The translations under genes and the position numbers were made by a program. Below the pieces are notes generated by a model that made no database searches, had not been told where the DNA came from, and saw only the letters and a list, made by a program, of their open reading frames with translations. This document shows, piece after piece, positions 47,857-56,800 of a stretch of DNA of 64,000 nucleotides. This stretch comes from an uncultured Burkholderiales bacterium. Lineage in GTDB: Bacteria; Actinomycetota; Acidimicrobiia; IMCC26256; JAGPDB01. The stretch is taken from assembly GCA_964516875.1 (NCBI GenBank), contig CAZFAO010000002.1:57681-121680 (forward strand), written 5' to 3'. Within the stretch, counting starts at the first letter, position 1. Every line of letters starts with the position of its first letter.

Positions 47857-49176
47857 GTGCCAAGGAAGCCGATAGTGAATGGTCCTGGTCGGATAAGTAG
47901 TTCGCTAGATCATATTCGAGAGCTAGAGAATCGAATCCTGGAGACTATCAACGGTGTTGAATGTCCACCGGGTCTCGTGCGGGATCGAATAGATGCAGTG
48001 GATTCTCGCAAAGTCATAGATCGATTAGTCGATTTTCCTCATAAAATAACGATGGAATACATCGGACAACTGCAGGAAGCGTTAAGAACAGAATCAGTTC
48101 TCAGCGAAGAAGATGTGGCGAAGGCAATTGTCCATTCGGTCATGGCTCTCCATAATCAGCGAGGTACTTTCATCCCCGAAGTATTCGAGTATTGCTCAGC
48201 TAACACTGATGGTGAAGAAAAAAAGACTGTTCAATGGAATAGGTTTATTGCGAGCCAATTTCACGATTCTGTTAAGCATACCTTCGATGACTCACCTAGT
48301 GAAGTCACAGCTAGAGCAGCGTTTCTGCGTGAAATGCAATCAGTCTTCAACGGTGGAAACGAAGAATTGATTTATGATTTAGATTTCCGTATCCTGAGAA
48401 ATGCAACGGTTACTACTGCTCAAGAATGTGATGTAGTAACTCGATGGTTAGAAGAATCAGGTTTAAAAAACGCACGTCTACGAATGGCTTTCCGTTACGC
48501 CTCCTATGATCCAATCGTTACTTATCAGCACTACGTGGCAGCAGTATCGGAACTGACCTCTGATGAAATTGCAGAAGATATTAAAAATCACATCAGAGAA
48601 ACCGTAGTCGACGCTTCTAGTTGTAATTTTGTGGCGGAATTCCTAGCAATGTATCTTAAAGACAGAGCAATCTCATTGGATCGTCGCAAAGCAGTTGCGG
48701 TAATGTTTGCCGAAACATTTGCTCCTCTTCAGAAAATTACAAATGCGGAGCGATTCACCTTACGAGATGCACCGTATTCTTGTGCCGTCAAAATGGATCC
48801 TGAGATATTTTACGCGTTTTTTGTAGAACGATTCATTAGCTTGTATGGAGTTAACTCACAGGGAAGCGGCTCGCAAAAAATACCACTTGCGGAAGAAGAA
48901 ATTAACAGCGTTATTGTTCTTTCTTTGCGAGATCACTACCTTGCTGAAATGGTTGAAGGTTCTGTTATCACGGGTGCAGAGGCTCTTCATGTTGTATCAC
49001 TAAAAATGGAAGAAATAATGGCTCTCGAGGGCTCAGAAAGCACAGTTATATATTCGGCAAATATTACAGATGGTTTAAAAGCAATTGCGCGGGCTCTTGA
49101 TCCAGGACTCGATGCTGCACAACATCACAATCGAATACCTCTTGAATTGCATGGGTGGGTTACTTATCGGAGCTAG
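47857..49176 (+). CDS. Hypothetical mostly alpha-helical protein (ORFan-like)
   Basis: 439-codon ORF with strong SD AAGGAGG before GTG; no recognised motif. Confidence 0.7.
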   Translation: MPRKPIVNGPGRISSSLDHIRELENRILETINGVECPPGLVRDRIDAVDSRKVIDRLVDFPHKITMEYIGQLQEALRTESVLSEEDVAKAIVHSVMALHNQRGTFIPEVFEYCSANTDGEEKKTVQWNRFIASQFHDSVKHTFDDSPSEVTARAAFLREMQSVFNGGNEELIYDLDFRILRNATVTTAQECDVVTRWLEESGLKNARLRMAFRYASYDPIVTYQHYVAAVSELTSDEIAEDIKNHIRETVVDASSCNFVAEFLAMYLKDRAISLDRRKAVAVMFAETFAPLQKITNAERFTLRDAPYSCAVKMDPEIFYAFFVERFISLYGVNSQGSGSQKIPLAEEEINSVIVLSLRDHYLAEMVEGSVITGAEALHVVSLKMEEIMALEGSESTVIYSANITDGLKAIARALDPGLDAAQHHNRIPLELHGWVTYRS

Positions 49177-49189
49177 TGATGCGTTTGGA

Positions 49190-49251
49190 GAGATCCTTCG
49201 GTACACTCTGGATGACGGAGGGGCTTCGTGTACAGGGTCGGACCCTGTACA
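49190..49251. repeat. Composite repeat: family A right arm plus family B palindrome
   Basis: gagatccttcggtacactctggatgac (49190-49216); tgtacagggtc-g-gaccctgtaca (49229-49251). Confidence 0.8.
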
Positions 49252-49276
49252 TTGTGTGTGCAGATGGGGGATGAGT

Positions 49277-50353
49277 TTAGGGCGACTCGTTAGAAGGGGG
49301 GCGCAAAATGTCTCCGGGAGGATCCTGGAATTCTTCGTCGAGTTCGACAAGACCTTCACCAAGATGCGTAACTTCTTCTGGTTCTTTCGATGTTGTAATC
49401 AGCGAATAGGCAACCGACACTGTTAATGCAACAGTAATGACAGTCAAAGAAATCCAGACAGGCATGTGCCAATCCAAAAAGAACGTACCGATGAGCTTGA
49501 CACCAATGAATGCAAGAATGAACGAAAGTCCATATTTGAGTGCAGTAAATCGATCAAGTAGACCTGCCACTAAGAAATAAAGTGCGCGTAATCCAAGAAT
49601 CGCAAAAGCATTAGAAGCAAAAACGATGAACGGATCTTTTGTTATTCCGAAAACTGCTGGAATGGAATCCAGCGCGAAGACGATGTCTGTTGTTTCAACA
49701 ATGACAAGCACAGCGAAAAGGGGAGTTGCAAACCTCTTTGCATTGATGAGAGTGAAGAATTTCTGTCCGTGATATTCCCTCGTCATGGGAATGCGTTTGC
49801 GCATGAGTCTTAATATCGGATTCTTTTCGGGATCAACAGCCTCGTGAGAAGAAAACGCCATTTTGTATGCGCTCAAGAGAAGGATGGCACCAAAGATTGC
49901 GAGAACAAATTCAAAACGGGTGATGAGCGCGGCACCGGCGGCAATGAAAATACCGCGGAAGATGAGAGCGCCAACGACACCCCAGAAAAGAACGCGATGT
50001 TGATAAATCTTGGGAACAGCAAAATAGGAAAACAGAAGCGCAAAGACAAATAAATTGTCAACAGAAAGACTTTTTTCAAGGATATACGCCGTGAAATATT
50101 CTCCACCCGCCTTGGGCCCGATATCGATAATCACGAAAATACCAAAAGCGATACCCAATGCAATCCAGCCAATAGAGGCATACGCTGCTTCCTTCATGGA
50201 AATCTCGTGTGCGTCTTTGTTGAATACGAGTAAATCAAGCAGCAGTGCTCCGAGGATAACGACGAGGACCGTAACCCATACCCAAATGGCCACGTGGTAG
50301 GTCTCATTGCTGCTTGATTTCGATGCTGCCAGTGTGAGGAGATCTATGTGCAT
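49277..50353 (-). CDS. TerC/Alx family metal homeostasis membrane protein
   Basis: EKSLSVDNLFVF, YQHRVLFWGVVGALIFR, ETTDIVFALDSIPA, SNAFAILGLRALYF. Confidence 0.96.
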   Translation of the reverse strand: MHIDLLTLAASKSSSNETYHVAIWVWVTVLVVILGALLLDLLVFNKDAHEISMKEAAYASIGWIALGIAFGIFVIIDIGPKAGGEYFTAYILEKSLSVDNLFVFALLFSYFAVPKIYQHRVLFWGVVGALIFRGIFIAAGAALITRFEFVLAIFGAILLLSAYKMAFSSHEAVDPEKNPILRLMRKRIPMTREYHGQKFFTLINAKRFATPLFAVLVIVETTDIVFALDSIPAVFGITKDPFIVFASNAFAILGLRALYFLVAGLLDRFTALKYGLSFILAFIGVKLIGTFFLDWHMPVWISLTVITVALTVSVAYSLITTSKEPEEVTHLGEGLVELDEEFQDPPGDILRPPSNESP

Positions 50354-50504
50354 TTTGTCCACTCTAGTGTTTATCACCCCTCGTCGCGCCTTCAGTACAA
50401 AAGGGCACTTCAGCTAGCAGAAATCTCACGAACAGTGAGGGAGCGCTAAGCGTGACCAGGGATTTCGACGAGAGAGGCCTGCTTACACAATTAAAGGGAC
50501 ACAC

Positions 50505-51995
50505 ATGACCATGACGGATTTCGCATCAACCTATGACACATCTCTCACGTATGACGAGATGTTTGATGAGACTGGCCACGTGCGCAGTGCGTATAAATCT
50601 GTCCTCAATGTGTTTAACGACCTTGCTCTCAACGAATTCGATCAACGCGGCGAAATGCGCGACCAAGCATTCAGAGACCAGGGAATAACATTTTCATATT
50701 CTGGCGAAGAACGCCCTTGGCCGATGGATCTCATCCCTCGCATCATCACTGCATCGGAATGGTCACATATTGAGGCCGGAGCAATACAGCGTGTGACTGC
50801 TTTAGAAATGTTTCTCGAAGACATTTATAACCAGGGAAATATTTTGGATGATGGAGTCATTCCACGACGCGTCGTTCTCAGTTCACGACACTTTCACAGA
50901 AATGCGTACGGATTTTCTCCTAGCAACGGAGTTCGTGTCCACGTTGCCGGAATTGATCTTGTGCGTGACAAGAGTGGTGAGTTCGTTGTTCTCGAAGATA
51001 ACCTTCGCTGTCCATCAGGAATTTCTTATGTTCTCGAAAACCGACGTGCAACAAGTCACGTCTTTCCAGAGATCTTCGCAGAAAACCATATTCGATCCGT
51101 ACATGAATATCCTCAAAAATTATTAAGTGCATTAGAAGCAAGCGCTCCGCGTGGAATTGAAAATCCAACGATTGTTGTGATGACTCCCGGTGTTCATAAC
51201 TCTGCTTATTTCGAACATGCTTTCCTTGCGCGTCAGATGGGCGTGGAACTTGTCGAAGGACGAGATCTGCGTGTGCTTGACAATAAGGTTTATATGCGCA
51301 CCACGCAAGAAATGAAAAAAGTCGATGTTATTTATCGTCGTGTGGACGACGACTTCATGGATCCACTTCAGTTTCTTCCGTATTCAACGTTAGGTGTTGC
51401 AGGAATTGTGAACTCTGCACGATCGGGTCACGTCACGATTGCGAACGCTATCGGAAACGGCGTTGCCGATGACAAACTTGTCTATTCGTATATGCCGGCC
51501 ATCATTAAGTACTACCTCAACCAAGAACCGATCATAAAAAATGTTGACACGTATCGTTTAGATGATCAAGAGGCTCGTGAATATGCGCTGGCTCACCGTG
51601 AACAACTTGTCTTTAAACCTGTCGACGCAAGTGGAGGATATGGACTTGTCATTGGTCCACACGCAACAGAACAAGAATTAGATGAGATCGAAACAAACGT
51701 TACGGCTGATCCTCGAGGATACATTGCCCAGCCGGTGATTCAACTCTCTACTTCACCAACATATGACGGATCATCCATTTCACCACGACACGTTGATTTG
51801 CGTCCTTTCGTCGTCAACGATGGAACAAACAAATGGGCCGTGCCTGGAGGGTTAACACGAGTAGCACTTCCTAAGGGATCACTCGTTGTGAACTCGTCAC
51901 AAGGTGGGGGAAGTAAAGACACCTGGGTACTTCAGGACGAACCTCGATCAGAACAATCTCTTGCTGAACAACAGCAACAACAGCAACAACAATAG
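50505..51995 (+). CDS. Circularly permuted type 2 ATP-grasp protein
   Basis: YDEMF, DLIPRII, VLEDNLRCPSGISY, DVIYRRVDD, HVDLRPF, GGLTRVAL...VNSSQGGGSKDTWV; ends in 8 Gln. Confidence 0.96.
   Translation: MTMTDFASTYDTSLTYDEMFDETGHVRSAYKSVLNVFNDLALNEFDQRGEMRDQAFRDQGITFSYSGEERPWPMDLIPRIITASEWSHIEAGAIQRVTALEMFLEDIYNQGNILDDGVIPRRVVLSSRHFHRNAYGFSPSNGVRVHVAGIDLVRDKSGEFVVLEDNLRCPSGISYVLENRRATSHVFPEIFAENHIRSVHEYPQKLLSALEASAPRGIENPTIVVMTPGVHNSAYFEHAFLARQMGVELVEGRDLRVLDNKVYMRTTQEMKKVDVIYRRVDDDFMDPLQFLPYSTLGVAGIVNSARSGHVTIANAIGNGVADDKLVYSYMPAIIKYYLNQEPIIKNVDTYRLDDQEAREYALAHREQLVFKPVDASGGYGLVIGPHATEQELDEIETNVTADPRGYIAQPVIQLSTSPTYDGSSISPRHVDLRPFVVNDGTNKWAVPGGLTRVALPKGSLVVNSSQGGGSKDTWVLQDEPRSEQSLAEQQQQQQQQ
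51969..51992 (+). repeat. CAA/CAG tract encoding a C-terminal Q8 tail
   Basis: caa cag caa caa cag caa caa caa directly before TAG. Confidence 0.95.
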
Positions 51996-52008
51996 AAACG
52001 GAAATATT

Positions 52009-52935
52009 ATGTTATCTCGAATCGCGGAATCGTGTTACTGGATCGGACGCCTCGTTGAGCGCGCTGATTACACTGCACGTCTGCTCGACGTTCACTATCA
52101 CAACTTGTTGCAAAACCATCCTCGAGAATCTTCTCGTCTTGCTAATCACTTAGTTTCTGTCATGGGTTCGCCTGCACATGCAAGCGATATTGACATAGAA
52201 GATGCTGTAACGCACATTGGTTTTGATCCAAATTTTGCTGGATCAATTTCAGATACGATCTCTCAGCTTGCTGAAAATGCAAAAGGAGTTCGCGACACTA
52301 TTCCTGCAGAACTCTTTGAAGCAATATATGCAACATATGGAGATCTCACAGTGACGTTTGATCCAGGACAGATTCGTTCACGACATGAACTTTTCCAATG
52401 GGTGCGTAATCGATGCATGCTCATTCATGGAATTATTGATGAGGCAATGGCTCGTGATGATAGTTTTCATTTTCTCAATGTTGGTCGATGTGTAGAACGC
52501 ATTGATATGACGGCCCGCATGGTTGCTGTTCGATGTGCAATGAACGATGACACTCCTGGATGGATCACAATGCTCCGCAGCTGTGGCGCATTTGAAGCGT
52601 TCATGCGTGCGAAAGGCGATACGCGCGATACAGCTGCCATCATAGAATTTCTCCTTCGTGATTCACATTTTCCGCGAAGTATTCTCTCTAGCGCCAGCTC
52701 AGCTTTGGCATCTGCTCAAGCGCTCGTTCATACCGACGCACCTATTACGTCGGAGTCAGATCCTCGTTTTGCACTCGGTCGTATTTGCGCAGAGATTGAA
52801 TTCGCATCCATTGAATCAGTTCACGACAACCTTCTCAACGAAGTTGCTGAACTGCAAAAAGGCGTGCGCTCGATCGATAAGAGCATGGTTGCAACATATT
52901 TTCACCACAACATTGCAATTGAATGGAGGCAATAA
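52009..52935 (+). CDS. Alpha-E domain protein (DUF403)
   Basis: MLSRIAESCYWIGRLVERAD, GRCVERIDMTAR, FLLRDSHFPRSI. Confidence 0.95.
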   Translation: MLSRIAESCYWIGRLVERADYTARLLDVHYHNLLQNHPRESSRLANHLVSVMGSPAHASDIDIEDAVTHIGFDPNFAGSISDTISQLAENAKGVRDTIPAELFEAIYATYGDLTVTFDPGQIRSRHELFQWVRNRCMLIHGIIDEAMARDDSFHFLNVGRCVERIDMTARMVAVRCAMNDDTPGWITMLRSCGAFEAFMRAKGDTRDTAAIIEFLLRDSHFPRSILSSASSALASAQALVHTDAPITSESDPRFALGRICAEIEFASIESVHDNLLNEVAELQKGVRSIDKSMVATYFHHNIAIEWRQ

Positions 52936-53783
52936 TGTCTTGGAGAATTTCTATCGATCACATGACGAAATATACGTATAAAGAGCCGCTCCATTCGCAG
53001 CACAACGAACTTCGTATTACTCCACGTGATACGCCGCGTCAGTTCACGCTTGAACACAATCTTGTGATTCATCCCACCACAAATATTCATCGCTATAAGG
53101 ATTACTTCGGAACACGCGTTGCTTCCTTCGCTATTGAAGAGTCTCATCAGATGTTAGAAGTCAGTGGACATTCTTTGGTGGAAACTGCTTCTGGTGCGCC
53201 GCATCCATCGAAGGCTCCTCTTTCGTGGGAAACGCTCAATGATTCTTCAGTAAAAGATAAATATTGTGAATATTTGAGTGCGACAGAATTTACCGATCAT
53301 TCAGACGAATACCTTCCTATCGTTGAACAGATTAAAAACTGCGCTACACCAGGATTGGGTGTTGAGTTTTTAGGTCACTGGATTCGGGATTCGATTCTCT
53401 ATTCACCAGGATCAACTCACGTCCAAACAAAAGCCTCCGATGTCATCGCAACGAAAACAGGTGTGTGTCAAGACTTCGTTCACTTGGCTCTAGCAATTTT
53501 GCGAGAAGCGGGAATTCCGTGTCGATATGTTTCAGGATATCTCTATCCTATGGACCATGGAGATATCGGAGAATCTGTACAAGGTGAATCTCATGCGTGG
53601 TGCGAAGTGTGGTTAGGGGATTGGTATGGAATCGACCCTACGAACGATACCTCCGTTGCGGAACGCCACGTGCTTGTCGGATGGGGAAGAGATTATTCTG
53701 ATATTGCGCCCGTCAAAGGTGTTATTAATGGAAATCCATTTTCTTCGATGACTGTTGAAGTCACGCTGTGTCGCGTATCTTAA
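52935..53783 (+). CDS. Transglutaminase-like protein
   Basis: N-terminal HMTKYTY...ELRITP...DYFGT; catalytic triad GVCQDF / SHAW / DPTN; VGWGRDYSDIAP. Confidence 0.95.
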   Translation: MSWRISIDHMTKYTYKEPLHSQHNELRITPRDTPRQFTLEHNLVIHPTTNIHRYKDYFGTRVASFAIEESHQMLEVSGHSLVETASGAPHPSKAPLSWETLNDSSVKDKYCEYLSATEFTDHSDEYLPIVEQIKNCATPGLGVEFLGHWIRDSILYSPGSTHVQTKASDVIATKTGVCQDFVHLALAILREAGIPCRYVSGYLYPMDHGDIGESVQGESHAWCEVWLGDWYGIDPTNDTSVAERHVLVGWGRDYSDIAPVKGVINGNPFSSMTVEVTLCRVS

Positions 53784-54058
53784 GAATTCTCTGCGCGTAA
53801 TGCTTTTCCGATATGACGAAGCGCGTGGGTATCTCCTGAAATAACAATCGTGCCAGCTGTTACTTCATGCTCAAATGTTGATTCGCCATTGAGCAGCCTC
53901 GTGTACGTATCGAGCGAGACTGTGACTGTGCACGCAGGTGTTCCTTCGAAGGAAGTAGCCGTAGAGCCATCGTGCGTACGGTAGAAAAAGGAAAGATCAT
54001 TGTGGTCTAAAACGTCGATCTGAATCACCGTTGCATCTGATATTTGATCATTTTCCAT
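53780..54058 (-). CDS. SCP2 sterol-carrier-like small protein
   Basis: PACTVTVSLDTYTRLLNGE...AGTIVISGD; TAGCCT hexamer 6 nt before the ATG. Confidence 0.65.
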   Translation of the reverse strand: MENDQISDATVIQIDVLDHNDLSFFYRTHDGSTATSFEGTPACTVTVSLDTYTRLLNGESTFEHEVTAGTIVISGDTHALRHIGKALRAENS

Positions 54059-54080
54059 TATCTAAGGCTAACGTAGAGCG
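54059..54080. promoter_or_regulatory. Overlapping divergent -10 hexamers for two leaderless genes
   Basis: + strand TAACGT (54069-54074)-N6-ATG; - strand TAGCCT (54070-54065)-N6-ATG. Confidence 0.65.
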
Positions 54081-55145
54081 ATGGCAACAACAGATACCGG
54101 GAAAGAAGTGAAGCTTCTCGATGCCTATACCAATGCGGTAACGAAAAAAATCGACAGCTTTTTGAACAATGAAATCACTCTATGGAGCGACATTGATTCA
54201 TCGATCACTGCACCACTCGATGCGCTGGCAACATTTCTTCAGGGTGGCGGAAAGAGACTCCGTCCGGCATTTTGTTATCTAGGATTCCGCATCGCCGGCG
54301 GACAAGAAACAAACACGGAAATCATCGATGCGGGCTGTGCCTTAGAACTTTTACACACGTTTGCGCTTGTCCACGATGATTTTATGGATAGAGCCGATAC
54401 GCGTCGCGGTGCTCCCACCGTCCATCAATATTTAGAAGCTGTGTATTCACAAAGTGAGTACACAGGAGACATTGAGCATTTTGCGAACAGTGTTGCGATC
54501 CTTGCAGGCGATTTTGCTTTTACCTATGCCGACCGTTTTGCAAGAGGACTCCCGGATCGTTGTCTCGATGTGTACGATGCTCTCAAGGTTGAACTTTTTG
54601 CAGGACAACAAATGGATTTAGATGCGTCTTATCGAAAAGTGATTTCCGAAGAACTGATTTCCTTGATTGCGCAATATAAGTCTGGAAAATATACGATCGA
54701 GCGTCCGCTGCAGATGGGTGCTCTCCTTGCTGACGAGGAAGCTCCGCATCAATTATGGACGCATTTTGGTAAACCACTTGGCGAAGCGTTTCAACTACGC
54801 GACGACATCCTTGGAATTTTTGGTGACGAGTCCGTCACAGGCAAACCTGTGGGGGATGACATCCGTGAAGGAAAATATACGTTATTAATTTCTGAGGCAC
54901 TTCACCGAACAGATGGCACTGAAAAAGCTCTCATTAAACAACGGGGAAATTCTGAGCTGACGCAACAACAGATCACCGATATCGTTGCCGTCATTGAAAG
55001 CTGCGGCGCTCGCAAGGCTGTGGACGAACGCATTGAATCGTTATATGAAACATCGATGACTGCGTTGAAACAGCTCAAGATTCCTGATGATATTTTTGCG
55101 TTCGCGCAATATCTTGCACGTTATGCCTCGTGGCGCGAATCTTAA
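54081..55145 (+). CDS. Polyprenyl (geranylgeranyl) diphosphate synthase
   Basis: GGKRLRP, LVHDDFMDRADTRRG, AILAGD, YKSGKYT, AFQLRDDILG, DDIREGK. Confidence 0.95.
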   Translation: MATTDTGKEVKLLDAYTNAVTKKIDSFLNNEITLWSDIDSSITAPLDALATFLQGGGKRLRPAFCYLGFRIAGGQETNTEIIDAGCALELLHTFALVHDDFMDRADTRRGAPTVHQYLEAVYSQSEYTGDIEHFANSVAILAGDFAFTYADRFARGLPDRCLDVYDALKVELFAGQQMDLDASYRKVISEELISLIAQYKSGKYTIERPLQMGALLADEEAPHQLWTHFGKPLGEAFQLRDDILGIFGDESVTGKPVGDDIREGKYTLLISEALHRTDGTEKALIKQRGNSELTQQQITDIVAVIESCGARKAVDERIESLYETSMTALKQLKIPDDIFAFAQYLARYASWRES

Positions 55146-55193
55146 AGCTCCGCCTCGAAATTGCCCTAGTGCTACCTACTATCGTGGTTAAGC

Positions 55194-56099
55194 ATGTCCG
55201 CCGTCATTGAAGCCATCTCTCTGTCAAAATCCTATGGTTCCAAGCGTGCGCTGGATAATTTTTCGTTGACTGTTGAATCGGGAATGATCTTTGGGATGTT
55301 GGGTCCCAATGGCGCTGGAAAAACAACCGCAATCGAGATCATGCTTGGATTACGCAACTCCGACGAAGGTGTTGTGAGCGTGTTGGATGAAAATCCAGAG
55401 AAGCACTATCAGAAAATCGCTCCTCGTATTGGAGCAATGCTCCAGCAAGGCGGTATCAACCCCGGGCTTAAACCTCGTGAAGCTCTCAAACTGTATAGTT
55501 CTTTTTATCCCTCTTCTCTTGATGTGGATGAGCTTCTTGAACGTGTCGATCTATCGGGAGTAACAACTATTGTGCGAAGACTCTCAGGTGGGCAAGCACA
55601 GTCGCTGTCTTTGGCCCTTGCCATAATCGGTAAGCCGGAACTAGTTTTTCTCGATGAACCTACGGTGGGAATGGATCCGCGCGCACGTCGTCGCACGTTC
55701 GACATCATCAAAGAATTGAGAGACTCGGGTTCGACGGTTGTGCTGACAACGCACCTTATGGATGAAGCAGAAATGTTGTGTGATGAAATAGCTATTGTTT
55801 CGCAGGGTCGTGTCATTGCTCAAGGCGACACTGCCGCGCTTATTTCGACACATCAAGATGCAATCGATATCGAATTCGCTTCTGCAATTGATGCTCTCGA
55901 TGTGAGTAGCGCACTGAATGTTACCTGTATCCAGAAGGCCCCTAATATTGTGAGAATTGAAATGGAACCAACGTCTGAATTTTTGATTCGCATTGCTCAA
56001 TACGCGAGAGATCACGACATCATGGTCACAAAATATAGTTCGCAAGCAAAAAATCTTGAAGATGTTTTCATCGAATTGACAGAAGAAGAGAACGAATGA
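55194..56099 (+). CDS. ABC-2 type transporter ATP-binding protein
   Basis: GPNGAGKTT, LSGGQ, FLDEPTVGMD, LTTH. Confidence 0.95.
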   Translation: MSAVIEAISLSKSYGSKRALDNFSLTVESGMIFGMLGPNGAGKTTAIEIMLGLRNSDEGVVSVLDENPEKHYQKIAPRIGAMLQQGGINPGLKPREALKLYSSFYPSSLDVDELLERVDLSGVTTIVRRLSGGQAQSLSLALAIIGKPELVFLDEPTVGMDPRARRRTFDIIKELRDSGSTVVLTTHLMDEAEMLCDEIAIVSQGRVIAQGDTAALISTHQDAIDIEFASAIDALDVSSALNVTCIQKAPNIVRIEMEPTSEFLIRIAQYARDHDIMVTKYSSQAKNLEDVFIELTEEENE

Positions 56100-56800
56100 G
56101 AAAAGTAGTAGCTCTTGCCTATGCTGATGTAAAAATTACGTTACGTCGTAGCGAAGCACTCATTTTGAACCTGGTGATTCCTCTCGCTGTGCTTGTCGCG
56201 TTGGCAAAAACTTCTGCCGGCGTTGATAAAGCAATCCCTTTCACCTATGTTCAAGCGGTTCTCTCTGTGAGCATGGTGAGTCTGGGGATAACAACAGGCT
56301 TTGATCGACGTTTTCGAGTGCTTGTTCGTTTAGGAACAACACCTCTTGGTCGCAATGGTCTTGTCTTTTCAAAAATACTTTCGATGGTTGCCGTAGAAAC
56401 TTTCCAGCTTGTGATGTTGAGTATTGTCGGAATATTTCTCGGATGGAATCCGTCTCCGCAATGGCTCTTGGCATTTCCCGTGTGCTGGATTGGTTCGTGT
56501 GCCTTTGCGGGTATAGCGCTATTGATTGCAGGAAGTGTGAAAGCAGAAGCAAACTTGGGACTCCAAAACTTGGCCTATATCATCATGATTGGTTTTGCAG
56601 CGATTGGACTCGGCGATACGGACTCGTTGCCTCCAACAGTGCGTGACATTGTTCACATCATGCCCTCGGGAGCACTGCATTCGATCTTGCGGACCATTGC
56701 GGGAATAGAAGGCCTTTCGACGATTGCGTTGGTTTCGTTAGCTATTCAAGCGGTTGTTTTGCCCTTGCTAGCTGCTCGCAAGTTCTCCTTCGACGAGTGA
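56096..56800 (+). CDS. ABC-2 type transporter permease
   Basis: GITTGFDRRFRVLVRLGTTPL, six TM segments; overlaps ATPase stop (ATGA). Confidence 0.9.
   Translation: MRKVVALAYADVKITLRRSEALILNLVIPLAVLVALAKTSAGVDKAIPFTYVQAVLSVSMVSLGITTGFDRRFRVLVRLGTTPLGRNGLVFSKILSMVAVETFQLVMLSIVGIFLGWNPSPQWLLAFPVCWIGSCAFAGIALLIAGSVKAEANLGLQNLAYIIMIGFAAIGLGDTDSLPPTVRDIVHIMPSGALHSILRTIAGIEGLSTIALVSLAIQAVVLPLLAARKFSFDE

Noticed and set aside
50354-50504. yybP-ykoY manganese riboswitch upstream of the TerC/Alx gene
   Set aside because: The minus-strand sequence lacks the conserved GGGGAGUAG-type core, and a TAGAGT hexamer 7 nt before ATG 50353 suggests a leaderless transcript.
51904-52008. Asn-rich N-terminal extension of the alpha-E protein in the ORF track
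   Set aside because: It is the poly-Gln tract read in another frame; the family start MLSR is at 52009.
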